NCBI RefSeq assembly: GCF_009834535.1
Contig: NC_045696.1
Span: forward strand, 29,514,001 to 29,578,000
Source of the DNA: Camelus ferus
Lineage: Eukaryota
Direction of reading: 5' to 3'
Length of the DNA stretch: 64,000 nt
The position numbers and the translations under genes were made by a program. This document shows positions 12,751 through 26,837 of this stretch, piece by piece (within the stretch, counting starts at the first letter, position 1; each line of letters starts with the position of its first letter). The notes under the pieces are model-generated. The model ran no database searches, was not told where the DNA came from, and worked only from the letters and a program-made list of their open reading frames with translations.

Positions 12751-14005
12751 TTTCGAATAGTATGCACAAAGAATTAAGACAAGTCACCCAAATAATATGC
12801 ATCTCCTTAATCCCTCAAGGAAAATATATTCCCAAAGAGAAATCTATGTTTCTCTAGTGAGAAAGGAAAAATAAAAAATTACTGTGTTTTCTAAGGAATT
12901 TAATCTCTCTACTAACTGAGATTAGTTGAGTATATTTCACCATCCTGCTTTGTTTGGGGGAGTGAGCTGGCATGGAGAGGTAAAACTCAGATAAGAATCT
13001 AAAGTTTTAGAGGCAGAGAAATTCGCCTTCTAAATCCTATCTCCTGCCAGAAAGTTGCTCAGAAGAAAGGTTGCCAGAGCAGATTAGTTGTGTTTAGAGC
13101 AGTCACCATCACATTCCAAGAGATGACAACCATACATGCAGCTCACCAGCTCTAGTAGTATAAAATCAAACACCTTTTGCATCCTGTGGTTAAAAGGATC
13201 TTTACAGCCTACTTGAATAATACTGGAAGAGCCAGTCATTCAGCCTCAGAGCCTAAAATAAACTCTCTGATCAATCGTTTTCGGAAGGAAGATCTGTGGG
13301 TTTCCTGATGACCTGTAGAAGCCTATGAGAAGTTCTAAAAGGCTGTGAGCCGAAAAACAAGACTTACTTTAAAGTAAAACTGGAGAGGAGAGAATTAGTG
13401 AGAGCGAGAAATGAATCAAGAGCCTAATACCACAGCAGAAATATCATGAAAGTAAAGAAAACTCATGCCATGGGACCAGTGGCGGAGAACAGGATGCTTA
13501 TTCATTTATTGGTATCTCATTTAGGCAGATTCCACCAATAAATCAAGGTTATCATTCAGGTGGGACTCTGGGATTGGATCATGGGGAGTCTTAGTTGAAG
13601 ATACAACAAAATTAGGAATTCAGGGCTATGTATGATGCCCATTATATATGAATTTATCTTGACTCACATGTCCTAGGATTACATCCTATTTTTCTGTCCT
13701 TAAGAAGATGAGCAATTTGACAGAGGATCCTGAACCTAGCTGACTCCCTGAATTTTGAGGATACTGCTGTGGGACACTGAAGCTCATGACGTGAGGCTCT
13801 GGAGTTTTTTTTTTTAAATGCCAAGTAATAAAGCAATGAAGAAGGCTTGACGGGATTTGTACGTTTCTAAATAATGTTAGAGTACATAGTTCCTCCATTC
13901 TGCAAACTCAACCATCTACAACTCAACAATGGAGCTGGACAGGTTTATATATTATGGGTCTCTTTCTAATCCAGGGCTTTGTAGATAGTGAGAACATTCA
14001 GTGAT

Positions 14006-14036
<31 letters not shown>

Positions 14037-14134
14037 TATATATGTGAAAATAAATAAAACATACATCATATATTATATATATATATATACACATACACAC
14101 CAAGTATATATATATAGTGTGTGTGTTTGTGTGT
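14006..14134. repeat. (AC)n / (TA)n / (GT)n microsatellite cluster
   Basis: Read directly from sequence. Confidence 0.85.
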
Positions 14135-15216
14135 TTTTAAGAGCAAAGAATTATGGTATTAACTTTAGAAAAAATTGTGCTCTTTTCACTGGGACTTACT
14201 TTAAGATCCAGGCCTACTTTATTGTTTCATTAGATTAGGAAATCTGCTACACAGTATACAAGTTGAAGTTCCTACTTATGATTATCTTACCTTGAGGAGA
14301 CAGAGATGGAAAGGAAAACAAGTGCCTCTCATGTGTGGAAATTCTTTTTCTTTATGGTGCTATGATGATATACATTCTCTAGGACAAAAGTCAATGCCCT
14401 AGACGGTAGGCTTTGGCCCAAAATTCATAAGACTTTTGTACAGAAAAAGAATTTTACTTTCCCTACAAGTCTCTCTGATGAAAATAAACAACTGAACCAA
14501 CATTAGTAATTAATATCCCAATTTCTGAAGCAGTTTTAGAGAAATAAACCAAAGAGAGAAAAATTCTTGTTTCTGATACAAAAGGCCTAGAGGCAAAGGA
14601 CCATAGCGTAGCAGACCTTGCTTAGATGGATAAAGACCACAGTGGCTCTCATACCGTTGCTCTAACTCCTTTCTTTGGGACTTCAGTAGGAGATCAGCCC
14701 AGCTGAAGAGTAGTTCCGGAAGAGTCAGTAACACCACACACACTGACACCACTGACAGCCATACATATTCCAAAAGATACGCAGGGCCCATGCAGGTGTC
14801 CTGCTCTGAGATCAAGACTGAGAGAATTCAGGACATATAGGTTCAGTTGCTTCTTATTTCCTCTCAAAATCCAGATCATTAGCAGAAACTTTTCCTATTT
14901 GTAAAGGGTGTGACGTAGTCAATCTGGTCAATGTGAGTGGGCTACGGACAACTAGGGGTGAGTTACATCAGGAACCTTTTCCAATAGGTTAAGGTGGAGC
15001 TTCTGTAAAGTGACTCTTCTCCCAGGTTATGATCAGCAAGGATTTGAAGGTTCTTTTGGGAAAGTTAATCTGGCAGAAGGAACATTTCCAGTACTGACAA
15101 GGGTGTTTAAATCATGTGGGGAGAGGGAGAGGCGAGCCAATCAGCCACCTCCAGTGATTCCAGCACCATCTGGATCTGTCTTTGGCCCACCTTTCATTTC
15201 TGCATTTCCCTCCCGT

Positions 15217-15385
15217 CAGCGGATCTCTATGTTGTATCTCCACAAATTAAAATCACTTGGTGAGATTTTTTAAAAACAACTTGTGCCACAGCTTCAAGCT
15301 CACTGACTCAGGCTTGAAAGACTGATGGGGCTTGGGCTTCAGGATTTAAAGCTCCCCAGGTAACTGCAGTGGCACCTCCTTAACT
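15217..15385. mobile_element. MER5A-like hAT-Charlie MITE
   Basis: CAGCGGATCTC...AATCACTTGGTGAGATTTTTTAAAAA...GGGGCTTGGGC...AAAGCTCCCCAGGTAA. Confidence 0.55.
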
Positions 15386-18203
15386 CTGAGCACAATGTCA
15401 TACTCGTGGTAAGTTCTCATTAAACGCCAGCCCAAATTGGTTATCAGTGCGTTGTGAATCAAATCAGGGCCATTACTTCTAAGTCTACGCCATTTAAAAT
15501 AGATTCTCCTTGTGTCTCTGAGCATTTTACCAGGGCTTCAAGCCATTTGCAACAGCTCATATTGAGAATATTGCAGTTTTTCACAGCTCAGTTTTATAGA
15601 CCTCTCCTAGCGGTGCTACATTCAGTAAACTTGCCTCAACAAGCTAAGAGAAAATGCCAAAAATTAGCACTCCTACTGTTCGGCAGAGTGTATTTTGTCT
15701 TCTTATAACTGCTTCAATTCCAGCACTTAGCGGGAAGACATTTAAATTTTTATTGTATTCCTATCTCTTGGAAAAAAGAAGAATTTACAAGTTTGACACT
15801 AAACAATCACAGATGGAAGATGTGAAGTAGAAGCACACATTTTACACTGAAGTATAATGTAGCTATCACTAAATGCAGACTGACACAAAATCCATCCAAC
15901 TCTCCCTGTGGCTTCAGGGAGAATGTAACATATTCATTAAAGAATGTCCCACAGAATTTCAAATGTCAAAATACAATATAATCATATTGAGAAAATCCTT
16001 CAACTTTAGTAGTGGAAATTTCATAATACTGCTGAGAGAGAAAATTGCCAGTTTGTAATTATGTCTCTTTCTCCTCAGGTATCACTCATTAAAGAAATGA
16101 GAAATAACACTGTGGTAATGAGACTCCTAAACAAGAAAGTAATAAAAACATATGTACACATATCAGATGACCCACATTATTAATAAAAAACTAGTTTACT
16201 CTAAGGTCATGATTTTAGTTTGTTTATAGAGAAAACAATATAGAAAAGCAGAAAAGGCTTCTCATTTAAATTTTATTTGTTGATAAAAGTATATTTGAGA
16301 GAGTTTCTCAATACCGACCAGGAAAACTCCAGAAGCAGCCCCATTCCTGTTTGCCTTGTTGGCTCTGAGAAGTTCAAGTCCAGCCTCCTGGTCCCTCATT
16401 GGCCCTTCACTGACGGGTGGACTCACCACATACTCATCTTCCATCCCAACTTCCCTTCTTTTCCTCCTACATCCTCATACCATGCCCTCTACGATTTCTC
16501 TTCTAGAGCCAGAGAACTTTCCTTTATCTTTTATATCCTCCTGGAATTCTCTTTACTTCCTAGCCTGAAGGAGTCTTTTAAAACTTCCAAAGGCCAGGCT
16601 ACGGCCAAGACCAATTCAATCACAATTTCTAGTATATTTTGAAACTCTTCAGATCATTTCAGTGTGCAGTTTTGAGAACCAGTGATTTATTGGTTCTGTA
16701 TTATATCGCTTATTTTCTAATGCTTTCAAAATCCTTCCCTCTTTTTGACAGATGCCTGACAAAATTTCAACCCTTGATCAACCATGGCCTTCTAGAAAAA
16801 AAAAAGTCACCCAGCCAAAAGGCTGATTCAATATATAATCTTGATTAAAAATCTCCAACGCACATTTAATATTACCTAGATATCCTACTCTGGTTCTCTA
16901 GTATTCTCACACCTGAAGATGTCTATTTCATACTTTCACCTTTTTCTCCAACGTCTCTTACTCCCTCCACTCTCAAATGATGTCCTCACTGGTACTATAA
17001 AAGCTATCAAGCATGAACTTTTTTGCCTTCACACAACTCCAGTTACAACCAAGCTGTACTTATACCCAGAAATTGACATGGAAACAATGAGTTTAAATTA
17101 AATGAATGAATAAATAAATGAGTGAACACCTCAGTGAGTCCTGTTGATTCCAGATTATTTGTGACATTTCAGTTTTATGCATTAATAGCTGATGTCATGG
17201 GGAATGTGTTTTATGACTACAACATGAGTTTTCAGCTTTCTGGACAATCATGCTGTATTATAGTAGTGAGGCATTGCCAGTTTTGTTGATTTAACTCTGC
17301 TAGTTCAGTATTTTTTAAATGAGAAATCTGAATCATTTATGTTTTGAGATATACCCAGAGAGTTATATAAAGCATTAAAATTTCACGTGGAATGAAGGTG
17401 TACTCATTTAGAAAATGTTCTTCTATAACATAGCATCCCCAAGAGGAAGGAGAAAATGACAACCGCGAAGGCAAAGCTTCTGTTGCAAGATATTTTAGTT
17501 CAAAGGCTTTCTGAACAAGTGGAATATGAACATGACAGTATTGAAAACAATTCAGGTCACTCTGCATTTGAATCTCTATCAATATATGATGAAACTAAAG
17601 AAAATGGAGTCAAATTAAGGAGGGAAACCAAAACAACTTTCTTTGAAACGAAAACTGGCAACAAGCTCTGTAGAAGACTGCAGTCCTTACCTACCATCCC
17701 CAAAATTATTAGATAAGACATTTTATTACCTGAAAATGAAGAAAATATCTGGAGTAATCTGTCCAGTGTAACTTTCTCCTTACCACTGCTCAGTCTAGGA
17801 TAGGACTACAAGGAGATTTCTGAAGAGCCAGAAAATTTTTCATGGAAACTGATTTGGTACTAACTCAGTGATGACAACACTTTAATGCACTTTATTTTTT
17901 AAATTCAAATTTTAAAAATGATTACAACTTTTTTTTTTAGTTTTTAAATGTATGATTAAATTTTCATCATTTTGTTCAGATAGCTGATTCTTAGGATTAC
18001 ATTCGACTTTATCTGCCAATATTTTAAATCAGCAAGATACTTTGTTTAATGCTCAGATTTTAATTTATGCTTTATTTGCCATTTTAAAATGTTTGTACGT
18101 GTTTATATTTTAAATGAATTAAATATTTCACTTCTCTTTTTCTAGACCTCTAAGAGGAATTTAATAAAAAAAAAAATACCATCAATGCACTATTTTGGTA
18201 TTA

Positions 18204-18567
18204 CAGTTGACTCCTGAACAAGGAGAGGGTTAATCTGCAATTAACTTATAGTTGGCCCTCCATATCCTCGGTTCCTCCACATCCACAGATTCAACCACCA
18301 CGTGCAGTGTAGCAGTGTAGTATTTAACACTGAAAAATATTCACGTATAAGAAGACACGCCTAACCCACACAAGGGGAATCTGACTGCTGAGTATTTTAA
18401 CATCCTTACTGAAAACAACCACCATGGAATTCACATAGTTATCTTACATCACAAGCAGCATGGATAACAATAAAAAATATCAGATTCCTTTTATCTTAAG
18501 AAATAAAACATTACATTAAAGAAAAGGATCTTTGTAGTTCAAACATGTGTTGTTCAAGGGTTAATTG
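18204..18567. mobile_element. Tigger2-derived MITE interrupted by a 173-bp insert
   Basis: TIRs CAGTTGACTCCTGAACAA / TTGTTCAAGGGTTAATTG flanked by TA...TA. Homologous to the copy at 57178-57368. Confidence 0.85.
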
Positions 18568-19105
18568 TACCTGGAATTAATACTGCAGTGTTAGTATTGG
18601 TGTTTTTTCCTGGCACTGTATTACTGGACATAGTAACCCACTTGCCCGCCGTACCACACCTCTCTACAGTAACTCCTGATGTGTCACATGATGAGGGCAC
18701 ACCACCACTCCCTCTTCCGAAGTAGACTGGATTAGAAAAAGGTAGCACCTCCAAGATAACCAGATAATCACCAGAAAAATGGGGCAAAAAATACCATTAT
18801 CTCCATTTTCTTCTCCTATGAATTGCTTTAGAAGTTTATTTACTGACAAGTGTATGCATACCCAGGAGACATTGTGGGTTCAGTTCCAAACCACCTCAGT
18901 AAAGTGTATATTGTGATAAAGTTGCACAAATTCTTTGGTTTTTCAATGCATATAAAAGTTATGTTCACAGTATATCGTAGTCTATTAAGTGTGCAATAAC
19001 ATTACGACTAAAAACAATGTACATACCTTAAATAAAAAATATTAATTGCTAAAAAATGCTAATTATCATCTGAGTCTTTGGCAAGTTGTGGTAGTAACAT
19101 CAAAG

Positions 19106-19463
19106 CAAGTCAAAACCATGATGTGGTTACCAAACACCTGTCAGAATGGCTATTATCAAAAAGTCTACAAACAACAAATGTTGGCGAGGATGTAGAGAAA
19201 AGGGAAACCTAGTACACTGCTGAAGGGATTGCAAATTAGTGCAGCCACTATGGAAAACAGTATGGAGGTTCCTCAAAAAACTGAAAACAGAACTACCACA
19301 TGATCCAGCAATTCCAATCCTGGGCATATATATGAAGAAAATGAAAACACTAATTTGAAAAGATACATGCATCCCAATGTTCACAGTAGCATTGTTTGTA
19401 ATAGCCAAGATATGGAAGCAACCTAAGTGTCCATCAGCAGATGAATAGATAACTGTGATATAA

Positions 19464-19523
<60 letters not shown>

Positions 19524-19950
19524 ATGGAATATTACTCAGCCATAAAAAATAATGAAATTCTGTCATTTGCAATGTGGATGGACCTAGAAGGTATTATGCT
19601 TAGCGAAATGTCAGAGAAAGACAAATATTCAATGTTATCATTTACATGTGGAATCTAAAAAGCGGAACCAACAAATGAATATAAAAAAATACAACAAATA
19701 GACTCACAAACTAGTTGTTACCAGTGGGGAGAGGGAAAGTGGGGAGCAAAATAGGGGTAGGAGATTAAGGGACACAAACTATTATGTACAAAATAAATAA
19801 GCTATAAGGATACATTGTAAAACACAGGGAGACATAGCCATTATTTTGTAATAACTTTAAATAGGGTATAATCTAAAAAAATATTGAATCACTGTGTTGT
19901 ACACTTCAAAGTAAGATAATATTGTAAATCAACTATACTTCAATAAAAAA
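19106..19950 (+). mobile_element. 5'-truncated L1 (degenerate ORF2 C-terminus plus 3' UTR)
   Basis: CAAATGTTGGCGAGGATGTAGAGAAAAGGGAA...TTGTAAATCAACTATACTTCAATAAAAAA. The minus-strand ORF 19127..19519 is antisense L1. Confidence 0.92.
19466..19520. repeat. (AC)~27 microsatellite inside L1
   Basis: Read directly from sequence. Confidence 0.95.
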
Positions 19951-21604
19951 GATCACTGACCACAGATCACCATAACAAATACAATAATGAAAAAGTTTAA
20001 AAGATTGTGAGAATTACCAAAATTGGGACTGAGATAGAAAGTGAGCAAATGTTCTTGTAAAAATGGTGCCCATAGCCTTGCTCAAAACAGGGTTTCTATA
20101 AACTTTCATTTTGTACAAAATGTAATTATCTGTGAAGCACAATAGAGTGGAGCACAGCAAAAGGAGGTGTGCCTGCAACATGTGTATTCACTGAGGTCAT
20201 CCTATGTGTAAAGCAAATGGTTTTCATCCTACATTTATTTTTAACCATCAATCAAACATTAAACTAATTATAAAAATAGTAAAGACATATCCATATAGAT
20301 TATCAATAATCACATCTCATATTTCTAATCTGTATCACTTTATACTATAAATAGAGGAACAAATAAACCATAAAGCTATTCAACCATCAATCAATACGAA
20401 GCCTTTTTACTGAAGAGTTCATGGTATTTTAAAGTGATTGAAAATCACAGTTTTTCATTAAACTTGCCAATCAATGAATGATCTCTAAATTGACTTCCTC
20501 AGGCCCCAGTTTTTTCATTTTTTTGAAGTTTAATATTCCTGACTGACTTTAAATCTCACTCCACTGCTTCAGTCCTACTCAGACTTTTACTGAGTTCATT
20601 GTATGACTTTCTTGTGCCTTTCTAGTCTTCTAAGTTTGTCTGGTGGAAGCAGCACATAAATTCCAACAACAATCTAATTTCCTACCACAGTTTCCTACAT
20701 ATTTACATGACATTCTCTGCTTATCTCTATCACTGTATCCAGTGAGTGTACTAGTATAGAGATACTCGTCTGCTTATTTGTCCCTACTCCCTTTTGGATT
20801 TTGAGACCTTGAGGGTAAGAACTATTTTTCACCTAGGAATATTCACCACTTAGCAATACCTGGTACTTAGTATGTACATATAAATGTCTGAAGCATGAAG
20901 GAATTTTATAAATTGTGTTAAAACACATTCTAGAATGTATTATGAATATATTAAATGTATCGTTTAAATTGATGTATATCTCAAATTCACTGAACTTGCC
21001 TTATATCAGTCTGCCTTCTCTATCTCCCTCCCTCCTCCTCCTCTCTGTGTGAAATACATCTGTGCACAAGTATGCCAGAAAAACATACTAAGCTTATCCA
21101 AAGGTCACACACACTCATACACAGAAACCACATAATACATAATGTTAACTGATTAATAGGATATTGGCTTATCCTAGAAATGAGAATTGAGGTGACCGTC
21201 AGATCTCCTCATAATGAAAGCTAAGTAAGATGTTTTAGTAGCAACATTCAGTAGACGTCACTATGAGTTAAAAACCAAAAAAAAAAAAAGTAATATTTAC
21301 TCTTAGTGAGACTGATTATAGAAATGGCTTAATTTCTGTATAATTAACCATTTAATATCACCTAGGAAAATGTCATTTGGTTTTTAACAAGGAGTTATCA
21401 CCTTTACTGGTTTTCAAGAAGAAATGAATTAAATATTTTAAGAAACTTTTACATTAAACAATATATCACCAGATAAGATTCTAAAGAAACTGTTAGATGA
21501 AATTATAACCTCAGCATTTAGGACCCATGTATTTAATGAAATAACTAACAATATTAAAAAATAGTAGAAGTAATTTCACTTAAAATTAAATTAAATTTAA
21601 ATAA

Positions 21605-21812
21605 ACATTAACAATGAGCTACGTGCCTGGCAATATTCTAAGTCTTGCGTGCGTATTAAATCATTTCACCCTGAAAACAACCCTCTGAGGCAGGCATGGC
21701 TCCCTTCCATCACTGAGCAAACAAAAGCACAGAGTGATGATCAATCCACTCAGCTCACAGAGCTAATAGCTCGGGTCCTCACCCAGGTCCTTTACTTAAC
21801 CACTACGCTCTA
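21605..21812 (-). mobile_element. MIR SINE
   Basis: GAGCTACGTGCCTGGCA...TCATTTCACCCTGAAAACAACCCTCTGAGGCAGG...CTTAACCACTACGCT. Confidence 0.65.
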
Positions 21813-22859
21813 CCCTTAGTCTCTAAAAAATACGTATTAACCATACTTTGGTAGCTACTCTACACATTGATCTAATAATTTTTTTCCCTAATTTTCTCCA
21901 ACTGGAAATAGAAGAAAAAGACAATGGATCAGCTGTCGTTCCCTAGTTGTTCAACCTTAGGCATGTCCTTCTTGCTCTCCGAGCTGCAGTTTTAGTAAAA
22001 TGGGACTTGGAACATCTACATTGATACCTGAGTACTCTTCTTTTACCCTATGTTTCTTTGAAACTAAGACAGTATAGAAAAAGAAAATTTTTATGAAGAT
22101 TAAGTTAGATGATGCATGTAAAAGTATTTTAGAAAACAGAGAATGTATGTCAATATAAATTTACTTTTATTACTCTTTATCATTATAGCTCTTTTATGAT
22201 CAGTGTCGTAAAAATATAAAATGTATTTAGCTATCCCTGCTCCTCTTTCATATAATGATATGGCAGAAGAACAGGAAATATAAACCTATTTATTCATAAT
22301 AAATTTAAATAACCTAGCAAATAAAAAAAAATCATAGCAAATATTCCCCTGCTTTAACCAGAATGAAAGAAATTTTTGAAACTCAAAATTAGGAGTATAT
22401 AACACAAAAACAAAATAAATCAGCTAAACTGGTATCACTGTGAGGAAATCCATAGTGATCTTAATGATTTTTAATAAATAGAACACATATTTAAATACTT
22501 GACAAATTTATGTAAACATATTTTAATGAAAAACTACAAAATGTGTTTCTGTGAGATTCTTCTTTTAACTCATCCTTTCTCTACTAGAGCTAAATAAAAA
22601 TAAAACTCCAGAAAGCTAACAAGTTTAAAAAATGCCTAAAACAGAAGTAAACAAACAGATTGCTCCTCGGTCTTGAATTTCTTAAGTTGATAAAAATTAA
22701 TTTCTTACAAGCCACTTGAAAAAAATAACTTTGCTTAAAATTACAACTGGTGATTGCAGCTAATGAATTATTGCTAAAAATATTACAATTATATATAATA
22801 CATATACATATATATAAGTGTATAAAATCTCCTTTTTCAGGAAAATGGGAAAGTCTTGT

Positions 22860-23330
22860 GATGTCCTAGATACCGCGCTAGTTGCTACTAATTCCTGGAG
22901 ATGTAATAGTAAATAAGATACAGATGGCCCCTATTTTCACTGAGTTTTAAAAATATCAAGGCAGTCATATATTTAACAGGTTTTTAAAAAATGTTACTTT
23001 GTTAAGTGTCACAAAAGGTAAGTATAGGGTAATATAAAATGAATCATAGGTAAAACTAGTGAACTTTGAGGATTTAGGAACGGCTTCCCTAAGGAAGTAA
23101 GATATGCAGATAAAGAATTTGGTCAGGAATGGCAGGGGATGTTTGAGTAGAATGATTCCAAGAGGGGAGAACAGCGAAATGTACAGAGTTCAGAGTGGAA
23201 GGAGGTTGATACATTCAATGAACTGGAAGAAGGCTTGCTTGGCTGGGGCAGAGCAATCAACGGGGAGACCCTCGGGAGACCTTTCATGTGAGGCTCATGG
23301 GTCAGCTGGAGGACACTGTAGTCATCAAAG
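22860..23330 (-). mobile_element. L2 LINE 3' fragment
   Basis: CTGGAGATGTAATAGTAAATAAGATACAGATGGCCCCT...GGAACGGCTTCCCTAAGGAAGT...GGCTGGGGCAGAG. Confidence 0.6.
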
Positions 23331-23869
23331 CCATTAGGCATGAGAGTGACATGATCAGAAAGTGGAAAAAAATATTTAAACCCATTGTAGCTCACAGGGA
23401 AATATTAAATTTCATAAAACAGCATCAGTATCAGAAATTATGGAGCCTTTGGAGATTACTAATTTTAAACTTAGTAGAGAAATACTAGATTTAGATAAGA
23501 TATTGAGACAGAAGGAATTTTTTTTAATACTATCTTAGAGTTAAACATTATAAGACATTTGAAGGACAAAAGTAAGGGTAAAACTTCAAAAGATCTTCGA
23601 GTCCTACATCAAAGAATAGTCTCAAAATGATATTAGATACCACAAATATGGTCAATTTACAGACCTTACAGAGAGATGCTAGAAATAATTACATTTATTT
23701 ATTGTGATACTATTAAAAGTTCCATGGGAAGAGTTTCCAAAACAGAATAGAAGCTCAGATAGCCCTAGGATGAATGTAAACAGTTAAGGTGGTATGAATA
23801 TAAATATTTCATAAAGTTTATGAAGTTACTGGAGATGTGTTAATGTACTAGCTGTCTATGATCTGTTCT

Positions 23870-24870
23870 TACCTTTTTCCAAGACTCAGGAATAGTTCGC
23901 ATTATGAACTTTCATCATACCTTTTTTATTTGAAAGTTATCAATATTAAATTAACTAGGGTGATTAAGTCACTGTCATCTGTAGATTTGTTTTACTCTGA
24001 AGCTCTCTTATATGCTATAAGCTAGAACTGTCTTCAACAAAGGACAGTCTCAGGAAAAGGTCTCTCTTAGGTCCTTCAAACTACTGATGCTCTCAGCTCT
24101 GAGGTACAGGCTTTTGAGCTAACACAACTTCTAGACTAAAGCAGTAAACCAAGACAGGATTCCTAGAATTCAAGGATGCAGTGGGCTTAAGAACTAAAGA
24201 CATAGGACTGACAGTGTGAACTCAGAGGTCTTATTTGATTTTGGTTCTCTATCTGGAAAGTTGTTTGAGTTTCCAAGTATAAAAGGAAGCCCCTTCATTT
24301 TCTTTTTAATCTATCCCTACACTATAACAATTTAATAAACTCTGCTTTTGGAAATGAAATAAAACATTTATAATTTTCTCACTAAACCCCTAGTTCTCCT
24401 TGCTCCACATGGTGACATAGTTATTTACATGGCTTATAGACTCCACCTTTTCATCAGGATATAACTGAATAAATTGATTATGTAACTAAGGCCATACTGG
24501 AAAGGCCATATTTGTGAATGGTGTTCATTGTGTCAGGGAGGACCAGTTGCTTTTAAGGAACTGAGGCTGGTTTTTCTTATGGATACAATGCCTGCAAAGT
24601 CCACCCAGGAAGCCCAGCCTGGTGGTGGATGGCAAAGTGTAGTCGCATAGGTCATGAAGGCCACTTTCTGAGAGCTGGGAATATTAACAAATTCTGGTGA
24701 ACCTGAGAGGAATGCACCGACAGGTACAGGTTGCACAGGTGAAATCTGGTGAGTAGTTTATTGGGTTTGGTTTCCTAACCTCAAGTTAGCAAACAAAAGA
24801 GGCTTTAGAGGCTTTTAAAAGTCCAATCTGAGATTTTTTTTTAATAAAAATTTCCAAGTAGAAATGAATT
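23870..24870 (+). mobile_element. ERV1 (MER4-group-like) internal fragment
   Basis: GGTTTCCTAACCTCAAG...GAGGCTTTTAAAAGTCCAATCTGAGATT resembles MER4-group internal sequence as recalled. Confidence 0.45.
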
Positions 24871-25554
24871 AATCTGAAGCTCTAAGACTTTAATTGTAGA
24901 AAAACAAGTCAGCTTCTTATATGCATTTCCCAGTCTTTCTACCTCTCTCTAGCCTAAAATCTGGTGACATTTCCTAAAATTCAAATGGTCAAAGTTGACC
25001 AAATAGAACAGAAAATGGTATTAGTTGATTTCTACGCTTTATCATTCAAGATCCTTCTGACAACAATAACATTTGAATATTCATGTTTCCTATTTTTCTA
25101 AATAAATATTTATTTTCTAAATAAATATAAACAGTATCTTGGGCCTTGGTTTCCACATTTATAATACAGATATACTGGTATACAATTACCTCAAAAAAGA
25201 CTAACAATATTAGCTCAATATATTATGACATGATAATTATATCTTTCTTATGTTCTATGTGCATCACCAAAATAATAAAATTAATTCAGAATGATCAAAT
25301 TCAGAATACTAACTCTATTTTCAAAATTAGTTCACCCTATTTACTGACAACAATAGTAAATAAAATACCAGCCATTAGATTACTTTTGCATCATGTATTA
25401 GTATAACAATAATTTTAAAGTAATTTAATTTCTACGGTTTACCCATGACATTGTTTTAAAGAAATAAAGTTGTAATTTTCTATTTTAAACCTAAACTGCC
25501 AAACCAAAATATTCTACATGATTTATGTCATGTATGATATTAGTTAACATTTTA

Positions 25555-25761
<207 letters not shown>

Positions 25762-26837
25762 CTATAGAAATAAAAGTCACAGAGATAAACGCAAAGGAAG
25801 GTGCTAAACAGTTGTGATTTATACAGAATAACACGTGACTACACAGAATGGGAAACAATGCAGGAGAGGCACGTGCTTTAGCATCAACTTCATGGATTTT
25901 CCAGTAGTCACCTTCTATGCTGACGGTGGGCTGGTGAAACACGGGAAAGATCTCATGTATGCACATTTCTTTTATTTTTAAAAGAGCTTGGTGAAAAATT
26001 CATGATAAGCTACCTAAATATTTGTTATACTAAAGCTGATGGTTCAAACTTTCTCAAGTTAGAATAAACATGTATTATAATGTTGAGAATATGAAATAGG
26101 TTTTTTAAAAATAATTTGCATACAATGATTTTATTTGTTTTTAAAGGGTGGAAGAGTTTCTTAAAAATCATTGTATATGTATTCATATTTATGTATAGGT
26201 ATTTACATATATATATATAAAATGTGTATATAAATATATTACAATGGACCGTCCTCCCTTTCAGCAGAGAATTGACAGTTTGTTCTTCAAATGTAAAATT
26301 TGCTTTCTCATTATATTTGCCATCTAATCTAAAATTTGTTTTATATGAAAATATAATAGTTGGCAAATGGGGCAGATAACTCAGAAACACCCTGAACAGC
26401 AAGAGTGGCCTTTTAACAATATGAATTATTTATGGTTAAAAACAGCTAACTAATGCAAAGTGTTCTTCACTGACAAAAAATAAAATATGATGAAACGCAG
26501 AGATTAAACCCATGATCTCCTTACTCTTACTACTGAACAATCATTTTCATTTTTAGAAAAATATTTTTACTTACAAACTGATATCTAAACTATTTTCATT
26601 AAAATGACTTTTCCTTAAAATACTGTTACAGGAAGATCTACTCTTTCTGTGGGTCTTGTCCTTATTTTGAGGGCAAAGAAAGAATTGGCTCAGAATATGG
26701 TTCCTTCCAAGAATTCTCAGATTAGAGTAACTTGTCATCTATTTTACTTGAGTTCAAATTGTTTTGCTTTTTATCAATGCATTTTCTTTGTTCTTGGACT
26801 TACAGGTAAATATTTAAAATCTAAACATATAAAATGA

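Larger units (their letters stand above)
18853..20175 (-). mobile_element. Tigger1 internal-deletion derivative (Tigger1a-like), split by an L1 insertion
   Basis: Ends TATGCATACCCAGGAGACATTGTGGGTTCAGTTCC and GAGGTGTGCCTG match Tigger1 termini. The sequence GTAACATCAAAG|ATCACTG is interrupted at 19105/19951. Confidence 0.8.

Noticed and set aside
12900..14900. Possible ancient LTR remnants (AATAAA near 13537, CA end near 13605; also 14400-14900)
   Set aside because: Could not assign a family or boundaries from sequence alone.
16277..16642. 121-aa plus-strand ORF
   Set aside because: Non-ATG start in pyrimidine-rich, L2-like decayed sequence; no homology recognised.
19127..19519. 130-aa minus-strand ORF
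   Set aside because: Antisense L1 plus (TG)n; a common artefact.
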